Below, one piece after another: positions 44,965 through 59,255 of a DNA stretch of 64,000 bases; the first letter of the stretch is position 1, and the number at the start of each line of letters is the position of its first letter. The notes under the pieces were generated by a model. That model did not search any database. It saw nothing but the letters and a program-made list of their open reading frames with translations, and was not told the origin of the DNA. Origin of the DNA: the human T2T-CHM13v2.0 reference genome, Homo sapiens. The DNA is taken from assembly GCF_009914755.1 (NCBI RefSeq), contig NC_060927.1, one strand, 5' to 3'. Position numbers and translations under genes: made by a program.

Positions 44965-46700
44965 AGTAATTTTTCCATGTGGCCCATGTTCCTTTTAGCA
45001 AAAAATGGTATCTGAAAATTAAGTCCTGAGTTATAGGTGTGCTCATTGCCATTATATTTTTTAATGTTTCCAGGCCTTCTCATCTGTGAGAGCTAAAGAA
45101 ATATAAATATATATTTGTATACAGAGATATATAAACACACACACACATTTCTCTAATTACAATTCAACATCTCAAGGTTCATTATTCTAGGCTCCCCATT
45201 TCTATGTATTTAACTTGATTCCCCAACAATAAGAAACCTGGCTTCTAAATATTCTAAATATTCACTCATTTGCTCAATTACAAAATACAGACTGTAGCTA
45301 CAAAATGGCTGCCCCACTTCAAAATTCCTAACCTATACCACTGAAAACTAAATCCCACTAACTAGAAATAACTACACTTTAACTTTTGTTTACAATGTTT
45401 TCATTTTTGCTTTAGACTGTGTGTTAGATTCAAAATACTGTGTTCTAAAGTAACTTAGATAGTTTCAGTCAGTTTTTTTTACCCTTCATTGTGCTTATGG
45501 TCAATTTGTTTTTGTTCTTTATCTTTCCTCATTCATTAAGTGTTCTTTATATATTTTGAATATTAGCTCTTTTTGTGACACATATATTTAATGTTTTGTT
45601 AATATTTGTCCCAATATTTAAAATTCTTTAGACCTTTGATGGTGATTTTTGCTGACATGCAACATGAGTATGTGTGTTTGTGTGTATGTGTGTGTAGTTC
45701 TACTTTATTATTTTTTTCAGTATGAGTTTATTGCATCTAAAAATTGAGTCTTAGTGAGAAAATCCTTTCCTATACCCCAGTTATATAAGAATTCAGCTAC
45801 ACTTGTTTATTTCCCAGAAATTGTATTTTAAAAAATATTCAGATCTGTTATGTTTTTTCTAGAGTCCATTTATTTTTATCTTTTTTTCTGCTAGCTGTAT
45901 GGCTGTCTCAGAAACGTTTATTGCAAATTTCCTTTGATTGAATCATTTGTAATAGCAGTTTTATTATCTATGGAATTTCTGTATGTATCTACCTGTATTT
46001 CTGGATTTTATATTTCATTTTACTCTGTCTATTTATGTATCAACACTATAGTATTTGAATGACAGAGAATTTATGTTTTTATATGATGTATGCTACAGGA
46101 TTACTCCTACTTGTAGAGTTTTTGATCAATTCTTTTCTAAATTTGTCTTGTATATTTATTTGCCCATATTAAATAGTATCAATATGTCTAGGTTTATAAA
46201 TAAGCTTAGAGTTATTTTTAATGGAATTGTTTCAAATTTATAAAGTAACTTAGAACTCACATTTTTTAAATATTGAGCATCCAAAAAAGTATATCTTTTA
46301 ATTCTACTTGTGTATTTTTTAAGTGTCCTAAAGATTACCTCTTATGTTTTGCAAATTTTTTAATTTTTTTATTAGTCTTTTTCTTAAGTATATTTATGTT
46401 TAATTATTTCTATCATAATGATCTTTCCCTACAGTTATGTATTCTAAATGGTTATTTGTGTACAAAACAAGACTATTTATTACACGTTTTAATTTTATAC
46501 CCTGCTATATTAATGCATGCTTTGTTGCTTGAAAAATTGAACATATTTTAATTTTCATGTTTTATCCTATTATCCATGGACTATTAGAGCTTTTAAAAAA
46601 GTCCATGTAGTCTAATATTTTCTAATTATATTATTGCCTTTGAGTTTTAGCTTAATATCATTGTGGTTAGCAATGATTCTTTCTATAATTTCAGTCTTCT

Positions 46701-47400
46701 TGTAACCGCCCACGGGGTTCAACTTGCCTGCTAACTAAACACAGCTGATTTATCAAGAAAGAGAATTGCAATGGAGAAAGAGTAATTCACACAGAGCTGG
46801 CTGTGCAGGAGACTGGAGTTTTATTATTATTCAAATCAGTCTCCCCAAGCACTCAGGGAGCAGAGTTTTTTAGGATAGCTTGGTGGGTGGGCGGAAGCCA
46901 GTGAGCCAGGGAGTGCTGATTGGTCTGAGATGAAATCATAGGGAGTAGAAACTGTCTTCTTGTGCTGAGTCAGTTACTGGGTGGTAGGCCACAAGATCAG
47001 ATGAACCAGTTTATTGATCTGAGTGGTGCCAACTGATCCATCAAGTGCAGGGCCTTGATGCACTTGATATCTCAAGCACTGATCTTAGGAGGAGTTTAGG
47101 GAGGGTCAGAATCTTATAGCCTCCAACTGCATGACTCCTAAATCACAATGATTTAATCTTGTGGCTAACGTTAGCCCTACAAAGGCAATGCAGTCCCCAG
47201 ACAAGAAGGAGGTCTACTTTGGGAAAAGGTTATTACCATCTTTGCTTAAACTATAAACTATAAATTAAGTTGCTCCCAACATTAGTTCAATCTATGCCTA
47301 GGAATCAACAAGAACAGCTTGGAAGTTAGAAACAAGATGGGAGTCAGTTAATTTAGATCTCTTTCACTGTCTCAGTCATAATTTTGCAAAGGTGGTTTCA
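46701..47400 (-). mobile_element. 3' LTR (LTR8)
   Basis: Reverse complement reads tgaaaccacctttgcaaaattatgactgagacagtgaaagag...gggcggttaca. Confidence 0.93.
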
Positions 47401-50400
47401 ATTCCTCCCTTTTGGTTTTATTACTCCTTAGTCTTAAGGCGTAGGCTATGAAGATGTGAAAAGGTCATCAATCATTCTGGCTTCTTCCCACTGACGGAAG
47501 ATGTAGTGGGAATGGGAGTGAACCCATTGAGAGTGAGAATAGTGGAACAGCTTTCCAACTGTCTGTGTGTACTCATACAGGCTTGGCTGGGCTATCAAGG
47601 CTTGCATGGTGAAAATAGTAGTACTTACATCTGTAGTTTTAGTACTGTATTTAAGTGAAAAACATGCTATAAGGGAAATAATGAGTCCTAGGATGAAGAG
47701 TACAATTCCCAATTTTAAATGCAAAGATTTGAAGGCATTCATTTGGGGACTTCTAACCCACAAATAATTTAGCATTTAGTCTGAACTGCAGGAAAAAAAA
47801 AAAAAAACTCAAGCACAGCTAAAAACAATGTACTATAGTTTTTCTTTTGAAGCACAATTTTTCTCTCTCCAGTTCCCGTTTTTTATAAAAAAAAAAAGTT
47901 ATGATAGAACTGAATTGTTTACAAAATAAACTTTAGTCTTATTGTACTTGCCCGATTATTTGCATAAAGTGCAGCAAGAATAATTATTTTTCACATTTAA
48001 TTGGCTTTGATGGAAGACTGTCCCACAAGGAATCTCAGACAAGACTTTTTAACAGCTGAGCCCAGCCAGACGTCTATACCCTAAAATACCTATGAGTTGG
48101 GTAAATTGTGTCCTCTTGAGGTCACAAGATAACTTGGGGTTCCTGGGCCTGTTAGAAAGTGACATTCTTTACTTACCACAGGTCAGGAACCTTGTACATG
48201 GGCTGTGAAGACAAGATATGAAGTCATATTCTCCAAGAGGCTTTAATTGGTTCTATAAGTAAACTTTGATTCTTTAAAGGAAGCATGCTATTCCAGTCAA
48301 AACCTTGGTAAAATAACCAATTTCTCCAATTGTGTCGTGTTATAAAAGAAAACAGATTCTTGTTGCATTTATGCAATTAACTGTACTGCCATAAATTGAA
48401 AATACTCATTAATAGTTTCCAAATTCTGGGGAAATCAGGTAGAGAGAACAAATATGCTCCAAAAGTTTTACTTCCCACTGCCCCCCGCCCCAGCCCCCAC
48501 AGTAATATATTTTACTCACTTGTAACAAGTTGCAAATAGCTCTAAAAAGTAAGTTATCTTGATACTGAAAACAAAAGGATTAGCAATGTTTAACACATCA
48601 GCTCTCCATGAAAGTCCCAGAAGTTTCATTTTTTCCTCTATTCCAATAGCACAATTTTTAAAGTTATCTGAGACCTGCACTGAGAGTCCTATATCTGATT
48701 ATAAACTGCCTTTTGAAAAGGACCAAAGTAAGACAAAATGTCTATGGATGATAAAAGTCTGTAGCCACTATTACAGCTACAATTGACTAGGAATTTTGGC
48801 TACTTCTGTGGCATACAACAATTTTACATAACAATTACAATAATAATGTACCCTAAATCATATCAGAATTATAAAAGTTTTCCATATTTTTTGGAACACA
48901 TACTAATAACATATTTATGCAAATAGTCCAAAGAAAACCAATCACCATTAATTCACTCTTCTATCTGAAAGTTTTTTCTCTATTCTAATGTCACAGTCTC
49001 CAGAGTTATTAATCAGAATCCTGCATTTAAGAGCATCTGTTAAATTTTATAGCTGATTATAAAACCATCTTTTAAAGAGGGGCAAAATAAGACAACAATT
49101 TTCTGTGGATGACAGAAACATTTTAGTGCAGCCACAGTTAAAGACATGATTGACAAGGAAATTTGTCACCTCTGTGGCACACAGTCAGTTAACATAATAC
49201 TTATAATTATCACTGATAACATATACTAAGTCACATCAGAATTATAGGAGTTTTACATAATTTCAGAACATATGCCAATAATACATTTACACACATATAG
49301 CTCAAAGAAAGCCTAACACCATTTCATATTTGACAATGTTTCCTCTACAATTTGTATATGAAATAAGCCAAATGTCATTTTTGAACATTAGAGGACCTAA
49401 TACCTAAAATATTAGGCTAGAAAGAGACATAATTTATAATTTAATTTTGGAAAGTTTGTCAAATATCAAAGTTTTAAACATTGGATATTACAAAATAAAA
49501 TCCCGTCAGTATGATTTTAATGTTTTAACCTATGGAAAAAAAAGTAAATAATTTCTTTTAAATCTTAGTCTCCTTGTTTATACCCACAGAATTTGTATTA
49601 TAAGATTAACCCTTTACAAACCCTTTTTCACTTTGTCTAAGCCTTCAGTTTTGTCCTGTTACTCTTTTAGGTTAAGACAAACTTTAAAACCTTCCGAACT
49701 AGACGAGATTACATTCCCTTTAACAAAAGCCATATTCCTATGCCTTCTTATAATCTTTTACCAAAACCACATTCACTACACAACTTATATGTAAACCTGT
49801 TTATCCAGTAATCTCAATTTCATGTTACAATGTTAACCCTTAGCAACTTTTATTTTTAATGAAAAGTCAGGTAAGTGATTTTGATTATATACTAGGAATG
49901 GAGCCTAGAACATCAGATAAGGTCATCAGATAAGGTCTGACTCTTTTCAGCATTTAGGGGCATGGTTTCCACATGTCCCCAAGCCTCATCTATAATCTAA
50001 TGCTCCAAAGTAGGTAAATTGAACAATTTTCAAAAGTCAAGGAAACAGTTTAACCTTAAAGCATTTAGCAAATCTGATATCTCACATTAATTTAGACCCA
50101 ATGTCTACATTTTCAGGACATTTTATTTTACCAATAATCTTTAAAACTGTTTTTATTTCCAAAACATTACTAAAGTCATGTGAACAAAAAAGGTACTAAA
50201 GTTTCTATTTTTCTGAACAAAATATTTGACTTAAGTGCTTATTTTTCTAAGCCAATTAATCAGAGCTTTTTATATATAAACATCATACACACAACACATA
50301 TAAATGCAGACAGACAGAAGATTCAGCACTTATAAGATTTTTCATTTGCCGGTTTCTTAATTGCATTACTGGCTTCAGTGTGGAGCCCTTGGAAGAACAG

Positions 50401-51477
50401 GGCCAGGAAAGCTTGCATTTCTGGGACCTAATCACAGCCAAAAGCAGAGACAGATCCCCAAAATTCAGGGTGCCATTTTATACTGGATCCTGGATCCCCA
50501 AAAAGTGGGAAATACTTTGGGAGAAGACAGGGCAGTGCTCTTACCGACTGTGCATTTCATTGCAAGGCCACCCAAAGCCTATCACCCAATGGTGTAATTA
50601 GACCATCCCCCATGGGAGCCTCACCTGTCAGTGGGAGTGGGGATGTTTCCATATCTTCCTGGTGGCCAAGAGCATGCTTCTGTGATCCAAGTGTGCAAAG
50701 AGTCAAGTATTCCTCCATAACGATTATTAGCCATCCCCTTAAGTACATTTCCTACCTAGTTATTACACACCAAAGCTCTCTCATAGTGAGAAGTAATTTC
50801 TGATACCCCTGAAACTCAAAATTGTCAGATACCACAATGCAAAACAGAACAGAGCCTTTGATTTTAAGAGGGATCTATATGCTTTTAATTTCTGGGGTTT
50901 CATGAGGAAAACAGTGTTTTTCCAAGACACAGTCTGTCGCACCTCCTATTTTTCCCAAGGAATCCCCAGCTGCCGGAAGTTATCTTAGGGCCTCTTATAT
51001 GTGTGTTAAGGTTGGCTAGAAAAAAATGGAGAAAAATAATTCAGTCGACTGAGAAGAAAAAAACTTCCCAGAAAAAATGAGATTGAAAAAGAGAAAAACA
51101 TAAAGAAATATACCTATAGCTTATCTACTTTAATTAAGCTGACTTTTAGCCATAGCACTCCTTAAAAAAGAATCCTTTTAAATTTTTTATTACCCGACTT
51201 TAGCCACACCAAGAGACCAATACTTTTGGCTTTTGAATTCTACCATGGGTAACTTCCCACATGAAGTTAATCAGTCTTAACTAAGGTTATAATTTAACCA
51301 TGGACACATAGGTATCTCAAAGAGATGGATAAGCAGTTTCCTTTTTTTCAAGATTTAGAATCTCCCCTAGGGTAGTGTAGAGAAAGGGAAATTCAAGACA
51401 GGAAATCAGAAGCTATCCATGGGGGGAAAAAATTTCAATAAATGGCAAAGTTACATAAATAAAAAAGCAGAAAGGAA

Positions 51478-51549
51478 TCTCCAGAAGCCAAGAATAGAAC
51501 CCAAGCAGCCGTTGTCAAAAGGCAAATCTTCAGCTTCTGAGGTACAGCA
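51478..51549 (-). pseudogene. Decayed tRNA-like sequence, homolog of 29643-29714
   Basis: Minus strand tgctgtacctcagaagctgaagatttgccttttgacaacggctgcttgggttctattcttggctt; gap-free alignment to the other copy; T6 downstream (A6 at 51461-51466). Confidence 0.55.
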
Positions 51550-51631
51550 TTAAGCAGTTTCTATTTCTCTTCCCAGAAGGAACCTAGAGAAGCCAATTTC
51601 AAGCTTGCAAAGGCTTTTAACTGCTAAAGAA

Positions 51632-51917
<286 letters not shown>

Positions 51918-53529
51918 TTAAGAACATTTTTAGGGCTAACTATAACATGAATTCCCAGGTTCCTGTCTTCTAGATGGTAGAAGCCAAGAGAAAGCATCCC
52001 CACATAGTCACAAGGTTATGCTCTTAAGGACACAAAATGAGACTGAGAAATTTCTTCTGGTATTGGTTTCAGGGACAGGCAGCAATATTTATAACTGACC
52101 AGCCTGTCAGGCTTGCTTGAAAAGCAGGATCTTTAGGGGTCCTAAACCCACATTCTATCATGTGATACTCCTTTCTGCATTATACAACACAGAAAAACAA
52201 ATTATTAGCACAAAGGGCACATGATTTGCTACTGCCTAAGACTAGTCTTAAAAATCCTTTCTCTATTAATCAAACCCTCGCAGAGAGTCAGTGGCATTTA
52301 CTGTTTACCCAGACAGAGAGAGAGAGACCAGAAACTTGGCTGATAAGAATGTCTTACCCTTTTTGCCAGCATACCAGGTTTTTGGGCTCCCTTTCTCTGC
52401 AGCTTCCAGAAGAATGGAGAGGTTTCTGAAGACCCTGCCTACTGGGCCAAAGCTGTGGGACTCAAGTCACTTTACAAGAGAAAATCACCTTTTCCTGTTT
52501 TAGGGAACCACACACAAGATGATTAGTTTGCAAGATTCTGCCCAACAGGCTGCATGGGGAACTGAATAAACATTTTCCATCCCAGGAAAATACACATAAC
52601 AAAAGAAACATTAGTTACATTGTTCAGTACCCAGTATCAACCCAGCAAAGCTGAAACTTTCCCATTGTTCCCTGTAGTCTTTGGTCCACTCCATCTTGGG
52701 AGGGACAACCTTCGAACAGTAATTCATAATGAGGTCTCTGAGCAAGGTGAAGAGGAGAGTATCACCCTGAGAGTCAGGCCTGTTGAACCTTCTTTAAGGG
52801 TCACTGAATGTGATCAGACAAATAAGGAGGGTTTTCTGAGTTAGGCCTGCTGGACTTCCATCAGCAACCCCTTCTGAGATCCTTTCCAAATATACAAACA
52901 CACCTGAAGACGAGGCAGACAGAAGGCCTTCCGAATCAGATCCCTAACCAAGAACTCCAAGAGTATCCCTTCCAAACTATCCTCCTATTTGTCATCTGAG
53001 AAACCTCCTTGAAATCCTCCTGATTGAGAAGTCTCCCAAACCAAGACTCTTCCTATTAGTTGGAAAACGCCAACCAAAACCCACAGGAGCTGAACAGACA
53101 CACTGCAGTGGGGCTACAGACACAGGCACCCCATGTTGGAGCTACAAACAGACACTCTGCAATAAGATTACAGACACCACACCATAGGGGTACATAACCA
53201 GCTGGGAAAAGAAAGGAGGTGTTAGCAGCCCCTAGGATACTCACAAATCCAGACATCCCACTGGGCTACCGTGGGGCTACAGATAGACACCCAACCATGG
53301 GGGCTACAGATAGACACCCTGTGATAGGGCTACAATTAAGGGATATCTCCTCATGATTATTTCTCCATTGCAATTAAATCCATGAGCTTTGGGTAAGCAG
53401 CACCCCACCAGTAGAGAGAGTACCAGAGTCAGCCCTCAGTCCAAGAAAACTAGTCAGCCACTTGGGCTGGCCTCTGGATCCATCGTTAAAAGGGGGGCAC
53501 TGAACCACAGGCAGGTAGCTACAAAGACA

Positions 53530-53547
53530 ATCCTGGATGAGCCCCTA
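53530..53547 (-). promoter_or_regulatory. Primer binding site, tRNA-Pro type
   Basis: Minus strand taggggctcatccaggat versus canonical TGGGGGCTCGTCCGGGAT (three G>A changes), adjacent to the 5' LTR. Confidence 0.88.
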
Positions 53548-53551
53548 AATT

Positions 53552-54232
53552 TGTAACTGGCCAAGGACCTTGCCTGCTGCCTAAACAGAGCTGATTCATC
53601 AAGACAGGGGAATTGCAATAGATAAAGAGTAACTCACGCAGAGCTGGCCGTGTGGGAGACTAGAGTTTTATTATTATTTAAATCAGTCTCCCTGAGCATT
53701 CAGGGAGCAGGGTTTTTAAGGGTAATTTGGTGGGTAGGGGGAAGCCAGTGAGCCAGGGCTGCTGATTTGTCCAAGATGAAATTACAGGGAGTCGAAATTG
53801 TGTTCTTGAGCTGAATCAGTTCCTGGGTGAGGGGACCACAAGATCAGATGAGCCAGTTTATTGATGTGGGTGGTGCCAGCTGATCCATCAGGTGGAGGAT
53901 CTGTAAAATATCTCAAGCACTGATCTTAGGAGCAGTTTAAGGAGGGTCTGATTCTTGTATCCTCCAGCTGCATGACTCCTAAATCATAATTTTTAATCTT
54001 GTAGCTAATGTTAGGTCTGCAAAGGCAATCTAATCCCCAGGCAAAGAGTAGGTCTGCTTTGGGAAAGGGCTGCTACTGTCTTTGTTTAAACTATAAACTA
54101 TGTTTCTCCCAAAGGTAGTTCTGCCTGCACCCAGGAATGAATAAGGACAGCTTGGAGGTTAGAAGCAAGATAGAGTTAGTTAAGTTAGAGCACTTTCACT
54201 GTCTCAGTTATAATTTTGCAAAGGTGGTTTCA
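53552..54232 (-). mobile_element. 5' LTR (LTR8)
   Basis: Colinear with 46701-47400. Confidence 0.93.
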
Positions 54233-55353
54233 TTCTGACAGATAGGCCTGAACTAATAGAAGGAGACACAGATTAAATTAAATTTTAGATAAACATTTTA
54301 ATTTAAATCAGATGGGAAATTTAATAACTGAAAAAGAAAACTATCTGAATGCCCAATGGTAAATATTAAAGTTGTGAATTTGCATAAGATATTGTCAAGG
54401 TGAATACAATTGCTAGGAAGTCATTTAAAAAATTTAAAGCTTTGTGCCATAATGAATACACTTTACTGAATTTAACACTTTCAATGAACATTCTATCATC
54501 ATGTCTATAGTTCTTAAGCATTAAAAAGGAGGTGGTTTGAGGAATGTCAGTTCTGAGAAGGAGCGTACTGATACTAAGCCAAGAAGTTCAACTATCCAAT
54601 CTGAAATTTCTGTAATGAAATAGAAAAATCAGGTCTCATTTGAGAGAAAGAAAGCCATAACGTCCGGCTATGATGAGTCAATAAGTTGAAAACTAGCATC
54701 ATAAGGGTTGCTATGAGTCTTAATAAGCAGTGACCCCTCATGCATAATGACTGAACATGGCTACATTTTCACCTCTTAATGAGAATACTGACTTTCTGCC
54801 CTCACACTGTGTATGCTGTGACTACAACAACAAGACTAACCCAAAGTCCATTATTCATTCTAGAAAGTAACCACATTGTCTGACTAAGAACAGATTTGTT
54901 AATGTGGCAGGGATTTTCCATCATAATAAAATCCTCCTGTTAATGACTATTGCTAAGATATGCACTTATCAGACCTGAATATAAATTGATAATTCCTGCT
55001 TTTGAGGTCAGATCTATTTTTATGTATTATGTTGAATGGCAGATTCTATTGAAGACCTTAGGTTACTAGGATATATTTTAAAGGTAGTAGCTGGCTATTA
55101 AAATACACTTGGTCAGGGTTAACAGTGAGTCATTTTTAAGGAAGTTTTATTTGGAATAGAGGAATCGGAATGGATAAACCAATTATTAAGGTTTTATAAT
55201 TATCTTTGGTAATTGATAATTATTTTTATCTTCATGGTAAGATAATCATACAATGTGAGGTATAAATTATTGTGTTTTTATAAAGAATTTGGCATTTAAC
55301 GTGAGTGAAATTTTATATTTTAGATGATTGCAGATCACGGATCTAAATGACCA

Positions 55354-55912
55354 TAGAGTAGCAGAATATGCTACCCCAAAATATCCCACTTTGGCATAAA
55401 GACTATTATGAGCTGAAGACAATTAAGAAAAACACATCCCAGGACTCTGCCCTCTCCTTATTTTAGCTAAAAGTCGCACATAAATTTGTGAGGATTTCCC
55501 TGCCTCTACTCTCCATCAGGAAGGGCAGATGTTAATCACTGGAGATAATTCTAGACCTTAGCCTAGAGAGGCACCAGAGGAATCTACATAACAAACTTGA
55601 CTCACTAGGCCTTATCTTCCATTATTTCTTCCACATAGTTATCTTTCTACAATTTACCTTCTTCGAAAACTGAAAAATTATTTTCCTTTATCATGTCACT
55701 TCTCTAAAAATGTATTCTTCTTTTGTTAAGATGTTAGATAAGCCCCAATTCTAACCATCCACTAGAGTTACTCATCTCTGAGTGCTCCTATGTGTAAGCC
55801 AATTAGTGAACTTCTGCTTGTTTATCTGTCCTCTGTTAGTTTAATTTACAAGGCCACACCTGGAAACTCAAATGGGTAAAGAAAAAAGACACTTTTTTTC
55901 TCCTCACTCCAC
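55354..55912 (+). mobile_element. Solo LTR, MER34/MER39-like (ERV1)
   Basis: cagaatatgctaccccaaaatatcccactttggcataa..gagctgaagacaatt; 3' part tgtttatctgtc..gttagtttaatttaca. Confidence 0.8.
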
Positions 55913-57643
55913 CCAGCTGATTCAAATTGAACAAGCCACTTGACTATTCTGACCATGTTGTTTTATTAGTAATATGGAAAAAATAAAATCTCCCTTAACT
56001 ATTTCCCACGGCTATTGTGAGGACAAATTAAGATGGTCATTATAAAAGGTCTTAGAAAATAAACTTCTAATAAAAATTGGATGCTGTTTTAATTAATTGT
56101 AAATGTTAATGAGCTCTCATAACTGTCTAAAATGAATATTACTTTCCTTTTAAAATCCCAAAATTTTTTAAATTTTTCAGTCCTCCTTTACATTTTTCCA
56201 TATTTCCAAATGAATATATGGATAATTATTTTTTATTACATATATAAATTATATACGCATAAACATATATATTTTTTCTCTGATATATGAGTTAACTTTT
56301 ATCTGTAAATAAACACTTTTCCAACATAATTATTTATTTCTGGGTATATTATTTAGTTTAGATTTGTTTTCTTCTTCATGTCCATCCAAATAACCAAGTA
56401 TTGTAATGTAAACTGATTAAAAAGATAATGGCTGCACCACATCTAAGCTACAGATTAAAATAAATTACAGCTTTTAAGATTCAGCAAATCTGCTTGTAGC
56501 ATTTACATTCGTTGTGTTAAGTAAAACCTTCCATTATGGTCATTAATCAAGGTGGATGATGTATTGTTACACCCTCACTCCTTTGACGTATGAAAGATTC
56601 CACATCCAATTAGTTGCCAAAGATTATATCCATTTCAGGAGGTCTAGGTTTCTGTCCTTCAATTGCTAACAGATGTTATGACTTTGGGGAAGGCTGCCAC
56701 TTTGGAATTATTTTCTTTCAGATAAAATAAGGGAATCAGGAATAGATTACCCTTCTAAACCATTCTAATGTTAATAGTTCATGACATTATGGAACACTGA
56801 CAATTTGGGATTCCAATCCTTACCTTAGACCTCGATACTCGGAGCAACATAGAGAATGCCTGCAATCTTTCTTAGAGGGTCATTTAATTTTAAATCACTC
56901 AACATGTACATGGTTACAGAGCCCTCTACCACCACAACCTCAAGAGAGAGGAAATGCAAAAATCATGATAAAACTTAAGAACTAGAGCCCTTTTTTGGGG
57001 GGGGAGCAATATAGCTTTCAGAAAGGGATAATGAGAGAGTACAGGTAAAAAATGAGAAAAGCATCCATCCATTTCATATAACTCTTTGCCAACTACTACT
57101 GGCACACATTTAAAATTCATTGTCTACTAGAAAAGGCTATAGAAATCAATGTTTAACTTGAAGAGAATTACAGAAAAGATTGATTGCACCTAAAAGTTTA
57201 TCCAGGTCATTTCTGATAGCATGCTAAATTTTTCATATAATGTGACTTCTTTTCTTCATTTCCTTGGACTTTGTTTTTCCCAATCTAGGGCTGTGCAAAG
57301 TTATCTTATTCATATAAGCCTTGTGAAACATGGGAAATGTATGATTAACTTTATAAATGTATTACATTGTCCTCAAATAGAAAGGTGTTGCCAGCGGAGG
57401 TGTTAATATGTGTATGAGCATGTATTAGTGTTCTTTGTGGGAGAAAGAGTGATGTAATTATCTTACAAACCTGTAGTGGGCAGTGATGTGGTAGCTGCTG
57501 GGCGCTTGCAATGCATGCAGTTGCAGAATATTAACCTGAATAGGTGTCCTAGACAATGGTTTTCAATCCAAATCCAATGAAGTTAAAATAAAAGAGTCAT
57601 CAGATGGAAAGCAAAAGGGTCAGGAGTTAGGAAAAAAAGTATT

Positions 57644-57694
57644 ACACACACACATGCATGCATGCATACACACGTGCACACACACACACTCACA
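57644..57694. repeat. Alternating purine-pyrimidine tract (CA/TG mixed)
   Basis: acacacacacatgcatgcatgcatacacacgtgcacacacacacac. Confidence 0.85.
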
Positions 57695-58934
57695 GAGGAT
57701 AAGAAGGAATTTAGGATAGTCTCTTGATTCCAGGGCAATAAAGTAATATATGTTTTTCATTTGGGTGCTTCTGGCCACTCAAAAATCCTCTGAGAGCTCA
57801 AGATTACAGACTTGGAGAAACTAAAAATAAATTTATATAGAAAAAAATTAAATCCAAAATAATATCTGTGGTTTTCTTGTTAATTTTTGGTGAATAATTA
57901 CTGTAAAAAATTAAAATAGTCATCTGTTTTTCATGTCACAGTATAGGGACAATGCTGTTTTAAAAAGCAATAATATATTCACCACCCAGAAAAAAAAATC
58001 TATGTATCTTCAGATATAGTGCATGTTCAACTCAGAACAATAAATGAAAGAGACAAATATCTTAAAAACTATATAAACATTTTCCAAAATGATTGTAGAA
58101 TGTTATATTTTCACTCTTTTAACAATTGTTTCAACCTTTAATTTAAAATTTGAAATTCTATTAGTTTATTATTTCTATTTTGCAAAATCATTATAAACCA
58201 GCATGAAAAAACTTGCCTTTCAAAAACAAGAATGTTAACTAGGTCTTATGAATTCTTCATGAGATAATATTTAATGCAATTATTTTTAGAATTACTACTT
58301 AATAAATACATTTTGCTAAATGGGATTTTCTAAGGTGACAATATAACAAAACCACAAGCTTGCATGTTTCTATTTAACACATATTTTTACATGGCTGTAA
58401 TATTTAAAACTGAATTCTACATTTTCTTTCATTAATAAGTTTGAACTCTTATAGTGTCTGCTTTCCAGAATTGCATTCATCTAATTAGCTAACTCTTACT
58501 CTTTTAAGCATTGACTCAAATGATAAAAAAATTGTAAATACATAGGAACAAGTGTATGCATATCCGTAAGGCGAAAAAACAGAATTAATTTAAGATACTA
58601 ATCTATACATTTACAGCATTCAGTATACAGAATTGGATCTCATGATCCATTGTGTTCTTTTTGTGAAAACTTGACATACAAAAAAATTCTAGTTATTAAT
58701 ATTCCATGTGTAAAATATATGCATAATATTTGCTAAAATATTTTCTATATCTCTCTTTCCCTCTCATTCTAGCTCTCTTAGAACAAAAACAAAGACAGAA
58801 AAACACTAGAATATCTATACTTTCTACCTTGAATTATCTGGTAGTCCAGAATATATTTTGCAGTTTAGATTCCAATATTATTTATTTTTGATAACATACT
58901 TTTATTTTTAACATTGATTTTAAGGATGTGAAAG

Positions 58935-59255
<321 letters not shown>

